DNA of 64,000 bases from Azolla caroliniana (taxonomy: Eukaryota; Plantae; Polypodiophyta), in assembly GCA_043228905.1 (NCBI GenBank), contig JBHGNT010000013.1, positions 15,314,001 to 15,378,000 of the forward strand, read 5' to 3'. The notes under the pieces are model-generated. The model saw nothing but the letters and a program-made list of their open reading frames with translations. It did no database searches and was not told the origin of the DNA. The position numbers and the translations under genes were made by a program. This document shows, piece by piece, positions 1 to 12,449 of the stretch (position 1 is its first letter; every line of letters starts with the position of its first letter).

Positions 1-206
1 ATTTTGTTGTGCATCCCAAGATGTCATATTTTGTATTCATGTATGCATTTTATGTGACATTTTTCTTGTCCAATGTCATAGTTTTTTATCAGGAAACTTT
101 CCTTTCTTGTTCATCAACACGAAGTCATTGTTTTAATTCATCGGTGGACACTGCACTATTTTAGGGAGACAAGCATGGTGTGCTCAAAATCGAATAAGGA
201 TTTTAC

Positions 207-329
207 CTTATCTGAGTGAGGCGGACCAATCTGAGAGAAGAGGCGTTCTAACGAGGAGGGGACAGAACCTGAAGAAGCACCTTCTTGAGGAGACGAAGGT
301 CCATCTTCTTCTTTAGGGGCAGAGGCCAT
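207..329 (-). CDS. Probable first coding exon of an unidentified gene continuing beyond the left window edge
   Basis: Minus-strand ATG at 329 opens exactly 41 codons (MASAPKEEDGPSSPQEGASSGSVPSSLERLFSQIGPPHSDK) ending at a donor AAG|GTAAAA. A GA-rich, UTR-like stretch lies upstream. Product not recognised. Confidence 0.55.
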
Positions 330-507
330 CGATTCGTGTAATTGTCTTCCCGCCTATCTTTTCTCGACTCTTCTCTCCTCTCCTCTCCTCTCCTCTCTTC
401 TCTTCTCCTTCTTTTTGTTAAGCTACCATGGTGGAGCCACCATAGCCAGCACAGTTAGCTGATTTCTGCCCTGCAAAGGATGCTGTGCATCAGTCAGTGT
501 ATATACA

Positions 508-622
508 TATGAGAAGTATAGTACATACGTATATATGAGAAGTAGAAGCCTATTTATGTAATTTACATATCAGAAGTATAGTATGTATATATGAGAAGTA
601 GAAGCCTATTTATGTAATTTAC
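508..622. repeat. Imperfect direct duplication of about 57-60 bp
   Basis: agaagtatagta...atatatgagaagtagaagcctatttatgtaatttac occurs twice in tandem. Confidence 0.75.
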
Positions 623-1869
623 CATATCTATATATACTCTTGTGTTGTCATGTCCTGTTGATCTAATAAATTTCCTCGAAAGATTCGTATGGACTATATT
701 CTCATCCTCTGAAGCCTAGTCAAGTCTATTTTTTTGCCATATATTCTAGAGCATCGATGGTTATCGATTTGTATGAAATAATGGTGTCCATAAGTAGTAA
801 CAAAGCCCCTACATCCTAAAGCACGATCCGAGAAGAGTGTCGTTGCCTTTATATATATCATGTATGATAATGGTTCTTCGGATGTCACACCAAAGTGTTG
901 CTCACAGGTCAGATTGATCTAAACTTTATACATATGCATATATATATATATATATATATGGATACGATGGCATTTAGGTAACTCTCGTGCTTTATGATGT
1001 CCCAATTTGTGTGTTCTGAGTTTTGAGCAATTGATTTGTACGCACATTCATTATGATTACTCTTCGTACCTTGAAACTGGTGAGATCCTTTCCATAACAC
1101 AAAGGATAGCATGATTGCCCCTTGTTACGTATGTTATTCAACTAGATATTCGAAAACTACAAAGGCAAGCTTAAGATTCAATTTGAATATGTTCATAATT
1201 CAATGGGTTTGGTGGGCCATGTACATACACGTAATTATAGATGCATCCATTGATTAGACCATTTTTTTGAATTTGTGAGGACTCTTAAAGTTGTAGGAAC
1301 ATCTATATGCAAGTAAATATTACAAGGGTTAGTTACTCTTATAACCCTTGACACATTAGAGGATTTTGAAGCATAACAATGAACATGCCACTTATTATAG
1401 TCTTGAGATTGGGTGACAAAAGTAAATGTCAATTAAGTGTTTACATGGTGCAAAAGTTAATTCAATAAGAATTATTATTTTTACCTATTACCTTGTGGGC
1501 AAGGCAACACAATGACAAACACGAATCAGGTGGGCTATTGATGGTTTCTACAATAATTGAAGTTGATATCTCAATTTGATTACATGATCATTTAGTATAA
1601 ATAACATTCAATAAGAAGAAGGATGGTGTGGTTATCTAGTTATTAATTGTAAATTCTATGGTCTAAGATAACGTTTACTCTAAGGAGTGTCAAAAACATC
1701 AACAAGAAATATATGGTCTAAGATAATGAAGTGGTGCAATAGTATTGTTGTACATTGTGAATCCATGATCTTTGATCAAGTTTACTTTTGTTGGAAATGG
1801 TAATAATTTCTAAGGGTAACAATACTCAATCATCTCTACTACAACCAAAGATATATAATCGCATGTTGA

Positions 1870-1873
<4 letters not shown>

Positions 1874-1929
<56 letters not shown>
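1874..1929. repeat. Compound (TG)n(AG)n microsatellite
   Basis: Directly visible. Confidence 0.95.
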
Positions 1930-1933
<4 letters not shown>

Positions 1934-2286
1934 ATGGTAAGTAATAAAAAGTGAGTTTAATAGGAGCTCCATCTGTTACATGACAAGCATGTTCTTGAGA
2001 CTCATGTTTTGTTAATGTGTATCCAATGAGCAATTTGGCATATTTTCAAGTTTGTGGCCCACATCAATCTACACCGGTGATGAGTATCATTGGTAAAAAC
2101 TTCTTCAGTGCAACTATGATTTTCTTTGTAGTGCACTTTCATATGAATGCTCCAACTTTTCTTGAAATCATCTCATGGTCACATATATATGTGTTTCATC
2201 TTCATGTGAAAGGTCGGGTCCTTAGGACACATGATGGCCCTTTGGTTTTTGTGATGAAAAGTTGGAATATGGTGAATTATTGCAAT

Positions 2287-2645
2287 CATTGTTGTAAAAT
2301 ACTTAGCATAAAATACGCGTACAATACATATTCTAAGTATTCTACAAGTATTCTAACTTCTTCTTTTTATATACTTAGAATACGTATTTTATAGATAAAG
2401 TACCTTAAATACTTAGAATACGTTTAGAATACTTGTAAAATACATTAAATACTTCTTAAAATTTAAAGTTTTTTTTTCAAAAAATAAAAAGAAAATATGT
2501 TTTGAAATGATAAATACTTGTTAAATACGTAGAATACGTCAAAATTTTAAAAACGGCAGTTCTAAAACGTAGAATACGTGTAGAATACTTCAGAGTATTC
2601 TAAAACATACTCTAAACGTAGAATACGCGTTTTTTAACAACTATG
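2287..2645. mobile_element. hAT-type MITE, about 360 bp
   Basis: Termini CATTGTTGTAAAA...TTTTAACAACTATG are imperfect TIRs. Perfect 8-bp TSD ATTGCAAT on both sides. Many subterminal AGAATAC/GTATTCT motifs. Confidence 0.9.
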
Positions 2646-2649
2646 ATTG

Positions 2650-2970
2650 CAATATGAGAATACCACATTGCTCCCTTGTGTGCTTTTTTGTTGTCAACAC
2701 AATTTTGCACATATCAAGACTCGATATCCACAATGTCATTTTGCCCACAATTTAGAAAATATATCCTTTGTAGATTTCCTATTGTCCACAAATTTCAACA
2801 TAATTGGTCCAACCCAAAAACCCATCTACAGTCACATAACCTACTCTAAGGAACAACCCTTGGTTCCTTGTTGCACTTAAGCGATGCATTATTCCTTTTA
2901 CTACTCTCCAATGCTTATTGCCTAGATTCGACATGAATTTATTGACCACTCCAATCACAAACAAAAATTA
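2650..2970 (-). mobile_element. Degraded Ty1/copia RT-RNaseH remnant
   Basis: ORF 2779-2964 reads IGVVNKFMSNLGNKHWRVVKGIMHRL, matching the copia (A)VGVVSRFMSNPG..HW..VK.I.RYL motif. Boundaries approximate. Confidence 0.7.
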
Positions 2971-3798
2971 CATTGGAGTTTGTTAAGTAATCCCTAGATG
3001 TTTCACTTTTGATGTTATAGTTGGGGAATAATACATTGAAGACTCATTTAGATGTAAAACAATAGAGAGAGAGAGAGAGAGAGAGAGCACAATAAGATAT
3101 AAAGGTCTTTTCAATAGAAGTTTATACCTTGTCAATTGTGAAAGGGATATAAATGTAATATTGGTAAAGAAGGAAGAATTATAAAGGTGAAACTATAAAC
3201 GTTTTATGAGTGTTATTTTTCATTATAATCCCTAACACTAGAGGTAAAGCCTCTCTATCCTTAAAAAATTTATAAATCACAAGTTATATGCCTAATCAAT
3301 TAGCTTGAGAATATAATTAACACATGAACCAATGGAAACTTAGTCATGTTGGTAATTTTTTGCCTCGTTGCTCTTAAATAAAGTGCTTGGAATGTGGCTT
3401 ACACATTAGTAGCTTGACAATGATTCACACTCACTCTCGTGACCTGTCTTGCCAACAAACGGGCATATGGTGGCATGTTCCAGCACATAAACATCAAGGT
3501 GATTCTGAAAAAAGACATCCCGAACAAGAAGTAGATTCCAACAAGAGCAATGAAAGGCATGACAACTCCATTATATGTGGTCCATGATCAATGTCGAGTC
3601 ACATGATGCATTGCAAACCTTGATAGAAGCAAAGCTCTTCGATTGATGGAAGGCTTTGGGTGAGATTATGCATGTTGAAGGCGTCAGCTTAGTAATTGTG
3701 GTTCATATCCAAAATCCTTTTCATCATGATTTTAATATTGGCAATGAAGTCCATCAAGTACACATGGGATTATGATGGACTTCAAGATTGCTTTTTGC

Positions 3799-4170
3799 AA
3801 TCATGTTGGAAGTTGATGCAACAATTGCTTGAAAAAATGAGGAACTATGGCTACATCTCATGAAGTGTTAAGAATTTGACACTCGAAAAAACAATCATGT
3901 TGGAAGTTGATGCAACAATTGCTTGAAAAAATGAGGAACTATGGCTACATCTCATGAAGTGTTAAGAATTTGACACTCGAAAAAACAATCATGTTGGAAG
4001 TTGATGCAACAACTGCTTTAAAAAATGAGGAACTATGACTACATCTCATGATGTGTTAATAATTTGGCACCGGAAAAAGCAATCATGTTGGAAGTTGATG
4101 CAACAACTGCTTTACAAAATGAGGAACTATGACTACATCTCATTAAGTGTTAAGAATTTGGCACCCGAGA
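3799..4170. repeat. Tandem repeat, 94 bp x 4
   Basis: Unit aatcatgttggaagttgatgcaac...gaatttgacactcgaaaaaac starts at 3799, 3893, 3987 and 4081. Confidence 0.95.
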
Positions 4171-4177
4171 CACTGGT

Positions 4178-5256
4178 TGTGGAGACTAATGTCACGATAC
4201 AATGACATAAATACATAATTGGTGAGGATTAAACCTTCAACCTCACGTCAAGAAGATGTCATGCTCAACCATTTTGATATGAGCATTTATTTGTCTATAT
4301 TATAATTTAGAATTATATAGTCTAGCATATAGTGCATTCCAAAATATTCTAGTCTTGAGTATATTCTAGAAATATTCTATGGTATATTCTAAAGATATAT
4401 TCAATCTCGGAACTTGTATAAATATGTGTGTTCACCTAGATTACAATCCAGGTGAACAACACCAGTTATAGAGTCTTTCAATTCATAAACTCATCCATTT
4501 GATTTTCTTCTAGTCTCTTGTGCATATTATATATCCGTGACAACTAAGGCACCAACAAGGGACATAGAGCTCAACAACCCATATGAAAAGGGGGATAGAG
4601 AAAACTAAATAGGAAACAATGTAAGCCAATGGGCAATCTAGTATGAAAGGAACTTATCAACATTGTAAAAAGCTATAAAAGTGACTTTTTGGTTGTTAAG
4701 CGCTTGGATCACATCATGATTGGTCATGAAGAAGGGTGCATCAACAAGGACATCATACGGCTAAAGGACCCACAAAGAGGGAATAGTAAGAACCAATCAA
4801 CAAAGGCAAGCCAATAGGCTGAAAAGTGTGAAATGGTCACAGCCTTAATGTAAAACCTATATAAACCACATTGTGGTGTCTTAGTAAGGGTTCTTCCATT
4901 TGTAAAGTTCTCCCTATTGATTAAGAGTTCAAGTTTCCTCTCCTCTTCTTGTAACCTCTAGGTTCAAGAGAGATTAGTGATAGTGTTTAGCAGAGAAACA
5001 CTAATCTCTCCTCCTCGTTGGTGCTAGACCTCTTAGCAAGAGGGTTAATAATGATATTTGTTACTTCTATTGTCTATGAGAGAGAGTGAGAGAGATATCA
5101 TTCTTAATCATTGTTCAATCGTTAAGTGCGCGTCAGGCTCAAAGGTGTTTGACAACCACCTTTGCTCGATTCGCCATCAAAAGAGAATATGCCGGTCTGA
5201 GCTCCACAAACGACATAGAGAAAGGATTACCTTTGTTGATCCATAGATATGACACA
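4178..5256 (+). mobile_element. Putative gypsy-type LTR interrupted by a solo LTR
   Basis: TG start at 4178, TATA-like ctatataaa near 4857, and a ...GACACA end followed by PBS-like TTGGTGAC. No partner LTR seen. Confidence 0.4.
4190..4542. mobile_element. Solo LTR, 353 bp
   Basis: Inverted termini TGTCACG...CGTGACA and a perfect 5-bp TSD ACTAA on both sides. Confidence 0.85.
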
Positions 5257-5403
5257 TTGGTGACTTTTGTAGGTCTTCTCCAATATTAGGTTTTCTCCTT
5301 TCATTTAGTGCATCAAAGCTCCTACTTTATCCTCTTAATATTCTATTAGAGGTAAGATAGATAGGGTTAAGAGCTCATTAAGCCAAAATTTAATCTCATA
5401 ATC

Positions 5404-5549
5404 TTGTTTGGTGTTAAACCTCTTTGTAATAAGAAGTGATGTATTCTTTATTATGTCTTATTGTCTTATTATGTCTTATTGTTTGGTGTTAAACCTCTTT
5501 GTAATAAGAAGTGATGTATTCTTTATTATGTCTTATTGTCTTATTATGT
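5404..5549. repeat. Tandem duplication, about 75 bp x 2
   Basis: ttgtttggtgttaaacctctttgtaataagaagtgatgtattctttattatgtcttattgtcttattatgt repeated. Confidence 0.9.
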
Positions 5550-5669
5550 AGGTGCAGTCAATATGAAAGGTCGCCTCTCTATTAAAAGCCATAGTCTCTT
5601 TCAATTACTCTTGGACTGTTATAGACATATGTATGTCCCAAAGCGTTAGTAATAACAATTATACATTGA

Positions 5670-6390
5670 CACCTACCTCATGTCAGTGGCGGAAATACCT
5701 AGAGTGGTGGCTGATACCTCCAACGTATACCACCATTAACCATGCAGAATACCTTCATCCTTTCCCATGTCTTCTTAAAAACCTATTGCTTTCAAAAGAC
5801 TACATATGGATCACCTTTGATAGCATCATATTCTCCTTTTAGTGTATGCACTAAGGTCATCCAAATCTCCTTGACTACCTCCACAACATTCCATTGAATT
5901 CGTTGAAATATCCTTCGACATCTACTAGTCCACAAAACCCATATGATTATTGAACTAATCGTCTCCCAAACCACGCCATTTTGGACTGAATTAATAGGCA
6001 TACATGACGACACTTCCTCAACATATCGACCTCTTGTATATAATGCAAAGTTAACCTTTTCTTTTTCATAATCTTGTATCTCACCCTTAATATTAGCCCA
6101 CATCATTGGCCCCCGTTTATATATTCTAGAGCCATAAACCTTATGCAAGAGACGTAAAAATCTTTTCCAAACCAATTTGGGTAGCCATACATGACCAAAA
6201 TAGGCGATGAAGAGACTTCACTTCTAGCCCACAAAAATCACACATCTTATCCACTTCTTTACAATACATCCAAACCCTAACAAGAGCCACATAATTAACA
6301 ATCAACCATCGACTTTATGATTTTTTGGATGTCCAAGTTCAAAATTGTTGAAATCTACTACCAACAAACTAATTCACCGCCTTTGACACA
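5670..6390 (-). mobile_element. LINE (L1-like) ORF2 C-terminal remnant
   Basis: Decayed zf-RVT-like CDFC...F(W)SC segment followed by WETISSIIIWVLWTSRCRRIF, the W..W..R motif typical of plant L1 ORF2 ends. Confidence 0.75.
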
Positions 6391-6399
6391 TTTATGTGG

Positions 6400-7320
6400 C
6401 CTTCTAGTAGATGTTTGACAGGAAGTTGTCCTTTCAAAAGGCTTACAATCGTTTTTACACAATGTATCAACTCCTTCATGTGCCATTTTTTTTGTGTTTC
6501 CACCAAAACACGTATAGATTGATGAAGTTGTGCCTCTCGTCGGTATCGTTGGCAATGTGTGCCCTAGCAATTTCACCTTTGTTGCAGCCACAAACGCATG
6601 GGCTCAACTAAAGTTCATGGATGATGGGAGGTCTATACACTTGTGGATTTTGAAACAAGGGCTTGAAAGTGATGCTTTTCTTGAAAGCACTGTTGTGGAC
6701 ATGTATGCCAAATGTGGGTCTCTTGTAGAGGCAAAGAAAACGTTTGATCTGATGCCATGTCAAGGTGTGGTCTCCTGGAATGCTCTTATTACAGGTTACA
6801 CGGAATATGGACCAAGCACAGAGGTGTTGGAATGTTTCTCATACATGCAATCTCAATGACCTTCTTTACCGAATGTTGTGACCTATATTTGCACCTTGAA
6901 GGCATGCATAAGCCTACAAGCTATCAGAAGAGGCCAAGAAATTGAGATCATTGAAAGGGGACTTGATTCAGATCCTTGGCTTGTGGCTATTCTAGTTTAT
7001 GCATTTGCTAAATGTGACATTTTTGAAGATGCTAATGCAGTCATCAGACTACTATCAGCCAAAGGTAATGTATCGTGGAATTCACTTATTTCTGGTTATG
7101 TTCAATATGGGTACGGTGAAGAGGCCTTGAAATGTCTACAAAGGATGCAGCTTGAAGGGCTCTTTCCTACCTTTGTGACTTTCGTTTCTCATTGAGAGCT
7201 TGTAGCATCACTGGATCTTTGGATAAGACCCGACAAAGTGTTTCATCTCTTTCATGAGGTCACAAATGAAAGCATAGGTCTAGATTGCGTGATGTTCCTT
7301 AAGGTTGTAGCCGATATGTC
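6400..7320 (+). pseudogene. PLS-class pentatricopeptide repeat (PPR) pseudogene fragment
   Basis: Motifs VVDMYAKCGSLVEAKKTFDLM, VVSWNALITGY, PNVVTYICTLKAC and SWNSLISGYVQ, disrupted by stops and frameshifts near 6859 and 7195. Confidence 0.88.
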
Positions 7321-8725
7321 TTTTTTTTAACTAATGGAAGGATATTTTTTTCAAAAAACAAGAAGAAAATAAAGCATAAAGCCTTGTAAACATCAATAGG
7401 TCGAAGTCAACAATGTTGAGTTGTTGAACCAAGTGATTTAATGCACATTACATACTAATATGACAATCAACGAGTGGTCTTTCGCACTGGTCTCTTTATA
7501 AAACTTATGATATGTCATTGTCTAGGAAGTGAGTGAGGAGTGGGAGATGTGGAAGGCGAGGACGATGCCACCATACTAATGAGGCATTTTGAATGTTGGT
7601 GAGTTTTTTGGTCGATAGAAATCGAGGTGTCATCGAGTGTTGAATTGACACTACCTTATCTCTCGTCATCACTATCGGATGTAGTTAATGTCATCTTGGA
7701 CACCAACTTCATATCGTTATAATTATTTTTCATGGAGCCACGTTAGTGTTTATTGTTCAAAAGTGTTGGATAGCTCCATGAATGAATGTTTCAAGGGGCT
7801 CAAATGTGATGTGGGAGCTCTACGATGCATTACACAACCTTGGGGACAAAGGAAAGTTTGTATAACTACTTGGTTTATCAATGTTTGAGGTGTTGCGATC
7901 ATCATACATACATACATAGTCTTGCATTGCTACCTAGTACCAATCAAACAACTCCTTCATGCTCATCAAGTGTTGACAATTATTCTCGATTGTAACTATG
8001 TATGCTTATTTGTCCTACTGTTGCCTATTTTACTATTTGCATGCATCGAGTTGATCCAATCCATTATTATAGTTGAAGGTTAACTCAACCAATACTTCTA
8101 GTGGCATTCATACTCTTAACTTATGTCTTGGAGCATGCCATGAAATTGTAAGCAATGTTCTATCTCGAGTGCCTGCACTCTTGGTTTTTTCCTTGAAATT
8201 GTTTCCTGCAACCTACACATGCCAAAGAATGTCATGTATGAGTGGAAGCAAGATTGGATAATACAATATCAAAGACGAACATCATTTGCAAATATTAATA
8301 CAACTAATCAGATTGACAACGAGTCAAAAAGCCATAGAATTCGTGGAGCATATCTCCATGTTATTCTCTCACCAAAAGAGGTGAAGACCTCTCTGCCTAT
8401 GTCCACATTCTCTAAAATGTTGTTGCTTACGAAACACAACATCAGGCTCACTGGTTATTGCCTGATGTTAACCAAATGTCCAATAGATATGTCGACTTCA
8501 AAACATTGGAAACAATGTTTATAATGATAACTATTTTCCTGGAGGGGAAATCCTTGCACTTTACTTAGGGTTTATGATAAACATTATGCTATGTATGGTT
8601 TGGATGTAACTCCGTGCAGGGCTTGAATTTGACGGGTTAGTATAAAAGTTTTTTGACGGGCATTTTTTAAAGATGTATGTCATATGACACAAGAGTGCAA
8701 AAACTAACATGTCATTTGATCTACA

Positions 8726-8830
8726 AATTTTAATAATGAAAGTTCTATATGATGCTTTACCAATTTTAATAATGAAAGTTCTATATGATGCTTTACCAAT
8801 TTTAATAATAAAAGTTCTATATGATGCTTC
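8726..8830. repeat. 36-bp tandem repeat, about 3 copies, inside the hAT element
   Basis: aattttaataatgaaagttctatatgatgctttacc repeated; seen in the ORF track as repeated ASYRTFIIKIGK. Confidence 0.9.
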
Positions 8831-8916
8831 ATTGTTATACATTTCATTACTATAGAAAGTGCACAAAGATGCACAAATAAACATAACTACCTAACAACGA
8901 TAATGAAATACATAAA

Positions 8917-9052
8917 ATTAATAGGAAATTGGTAAATTCACAGTTTTTTTTGTATTTTCATAGTTTTTTTTTTAATGATAGCCAGATTCCATCCCCCCCA
9001 AAAAACTGTGAAAATACAAAAAAAACTGTGAATTTACCAATTTCCAATTAAT
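8917..9052. repeat. Near-perfect inverted repeat (foldback) with arms of about 55 bp
   Basis: attaataggaaattggtaaattcacagttttttttgtattttcatagttttt pairs with aaaaactgtgaaaatacaaaaaaaactgtgaatttaccaatttccaattaat. Confidence 0.9.
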
Positions 9053-11024
9053 ATCATGTTAATGTTTTTACTAATAAGTATGAAAAAAAAGGGTAGTAAA
9101 AATTTAGTGTTAACTTAAAATTTTATGTAAGTAAAAAAATTTAGTTTTAACTTAAAACTTAAAACTTAAAACATAAAATCAAACCTAGAGTTATACACTC
9201 TTAAAGTATGTATTTAATAAAGGTTATTGTTTAAAATTTTAATCAAATTTCAACTAATATTATTAGTAAAGAAATTAAAAATAAATATTTGAGAATATAT
9301 ACCATTATTACATGATAATGATATTATTTTAAGCGTGTTATAAAAAACATATAATTTTTTGGAAAAAAAAAGATATAGTATTAATATATTATAATTCACA
9401 CTTCATATCTATAATAAGTGGCATATGTATATGTATATAATATATATGACATGGAAAATAGAATCTTAACATGTCATTTGACATGCATAACTTGTAGGGG
9501 CCTTTCGCATGAAAAATGGATATTTAAACTTTATATGTCACTTGACGGGCATTTTTATTATGTGTATGTTTTTGACGGGCAAAATGACCTTCGACGGGCA
9601 TGACACCCGTCAAAATCCTGCCCTGACTCTGTGATGCATCCTAACAACCAATCACAAAAACTAAAGTTTTAGGTGGATAAAATTTTGTAATCTAAATACC
9701 ATATCATTACTACAAAAAGCAAGATGCATATATTTGATGCATGTCAATGTGGTTTTCTTTTGACAAGTTCCATGTGAGCTTCTTAATTCAGGGAATGAGT
9801 TTTTTTTTCCATGAAACATGAGCTTTTGACCCAAGTTCACGAGTTTCAAAGATTTTATATCTCCATAACCCTTCCTTGAACCCTTGCATGATACACCCAT
9901 GATTGGAATTTATGACCAATCTAAAGCTTCAAAGACAATCCTGATTAAAAATAAACCTAACCAACTAAGTAAGCTAATATCTGAAATGCAATAGTGAACT
10001 TATCAAGCATCATGGACGAATCCAAATTACATAATAAAACTCTTTATATTAAACAGTTGGCATTTGAAATGTTACCACAACACATATTGAAGTGTGAGGA
10101 TTGTGGTTGTCCAAACATGAAAATCAAAACATGTGTACAAATGCTTAGGTAAGGAGTCAATGTATCCCCACATTTGAATACTATTGATAAAGTTTAAAGC
10201 ACTTGGGGTTGGAAGTTGACTACAAATTTGGCTCCTTGGGATTAATCTCGATGTCATGTTGTTATCTTAAGTTTAGAGAGTGTTGATGCGCTATCAAAGC
10301 AAGTTCCTTTTTGTGAAACAAGGCGCTAACTTTTTGAAACATAACAATTTGTTCCTCTCTCTCTCTCTCTCTCTCTCTTTGTCTCATGGGCCAAATTTGG
10401 CCTTAGAAGACGTTAATATATCTTTCTTTCTCTCTCTCTCAAATTGCACCACCACTCAACTAATGACAACGCGAGAGATTGCAAATACATGGTCAATCAC
10501 TCCATCTATGGAGTGCCTTGAATGACCTTGGGCCAAATCGTAGGCGACACAAATTACAACGAGAATGATCATGTTAAAGTACATGGGTTAATCCCTCGAT
10601 TGAGCGACACACATATAACAACAGAAAGCACTCACAAAAGCCATCGATCTTAGCTTCCGCGAGTCACGCTAGCGTGGCGATGAGAATTCGAGCAAAGCTA
10701 TATATATAACTTGGAAAGCAAAATAAAGGAGGATCTGGAGGGTGCATCTTCGGGCCGGATCTGCGTCCACGATTCGGGAATCGGGACTCTCTCCGGTGAT
10801 CGATCATTGAACACATGAATCCAAGGAAAGAAGAAGAAATTTAAACAGAAAATGAGAAAGAGAGGAAGGAAGGAAGGAAAGATACAGAGCATATATCAAC
10901 GTCTTATGAAGAGTCCAGAATGGACTGTCTACCTACACAAAGGCAGAGCAGAAACAGAGTTAAGACTGAGACTGATTTACATACACTCCTTACATACGGA
11001 GAAATCAGCTTCCATTCGTCAGCT

Positions 11025-12449
11025 ATGGCGTCTCACTCACACCTCTGCATCTCCCCTTTGGCCTCCTCTGCATTCAATCGCTCCTTCTTCCTCCTCCTCC
11101 TCTTCCTATTCTTCTTCTTCTTCTTCTCCCATCACGCTCTCGCTGAAGACGGTGAGTCACGTAAACCTCCTCTGTTTAAACAAGATCTGTTTTGCTTATA
11201 GCTAGTGCGAGATGCTATTCTAATGACTTTCACAGGAAAAGTATAGGTAATGAACTAATCGTGAGCGTTTTTAATCAAAATTGAGGGAATAAGCCTAGGC
11301 AAAAATGCGTTTGCAAGTCTGTCCAAGATAGGTATATAGTGACAATGATTCAGTCGATATCGATTAGATCTAACGAGAACATATCTGATAGATCCGAGCT
11401 ATTGAAGTATATAATGCGATATGCTTCAAAATGCATATTCCACAGGATATAGATAATGGAAGATATACAGTTTGGGTCCCAATTTGGATGGACATGGTTT
11501 CAAAGCTAGATCTAGGCCATGAATGTGGCTGTCTCTCACAAATTGAATGGCTATGGTTTTGAAGATAGATCTACGGTATCCATCTAATAAATGGGGTATC
11601 TCTGTGCTTGTGTCGGCCCCTTTCTCTTTGTTGCAAAGACATAATCAACAGTGTGGTGTACCCAAACAGGAACTTTTTTTTTCCTTAGAAAGATTTTCTT
11701 CAATAGTATTAAAAACAAACACGATCTTGGATTGTATTGCCTCTCTTTCTCTTTGTTGCTGGTAGTAAAACCTAATGGATCGGATCTTGATTGTATTGCC
11801 TGGTCTCTCTTCGTGAAAGAAAACCCTAGGATCAATGGTGTAATTTTGTCTCTCTTCATTGGAAGAAGGAAATCTTTTTTCATTTTTATGAATTGATTGT
11901 GGTGTATTAACATGTGCTGCAGCTGCATCACAAGTTCTGAAGGGGATCAATGACTACAGGCTCGGCGTCAACTTGAGCACCCTAGCATCGAACCCAGGGG
12001 CACAATGCGTTGCGAAGAAGATGCTCAACATCTACGATGGAACCGAGTGTAGCAACAGCACTGGGTTAGACACGACACTTGGGGAAGGGCCCGAGGACCC
12101 GAACTACTTGACCTACTTGTCGAGTTGTAATGTGAAGGCGAAGAGCGTGGTAAAAGGGGTCGTGTTGCCTAACTGTGTCCCGTCCTCAGCCTCGTCATCG
12201 GTCTCGGTGGCCGTACCCTATGCCGTGTCCAACTACACGCATGACGTGGCATCTTCGGGCGTGAATTCGAGTACCTATGTGTCTGCGGGAATTGCTAGCA
12301 CTTCTGATAACAAGTGGTTTGTCCTCATCCTCGCAACCAACACCTCGGATGGGGATTATAGCCAAGACTCTCCCACCTCCTCCTCTTCTTTGCTTCATTT
12401 TTCACTCCTCCTCCTCATTTCAACACCATTACTCGTTCTCTTCATGTAG
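11025..12449 (+). CDS. Uncharacterized GPI-anchored protein (At3g06035/At5g19250-like), 217 aa; exons 11025-11151 and 11923-12449
   Basis: Exon 1 encodes a hydrophobic signal peptide ending at GACG|GTGAGT. Acceptor TGCAG| keeps the frame into LKGINDYR...AQCVA...C...LSSC...LPNCVP...NYT...SAGIA...WFVLILATNT..G.Y, then a Ser-rich spacer and a hydrophobic GPI signal tail. Confidence 0.88.

Larger units (their letters stand above)
8617..9625. mobile_element. Non-autonomous hAT-type DNA transposon, about 1 kb
   Basis: TIRs CAGGGCTTGAATTTGACGGGT / ACCCGTCAAAATCCTGCCCTG. 8-bp TSD ACTCCGTG vs ACTCTGTG (1 mismatch). Repeated subterminal TTGACGGGC. Confidence 0.88.

Noticed and set aside
10920-11024. 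Upstream in-frame extension of the GPI-protein exon 1 (ORF track start 10920)
   Set aside because: The ATG at 11025 has good context and places the signal peptide near the N-terminus; the longer frame is probably 5' UTR.
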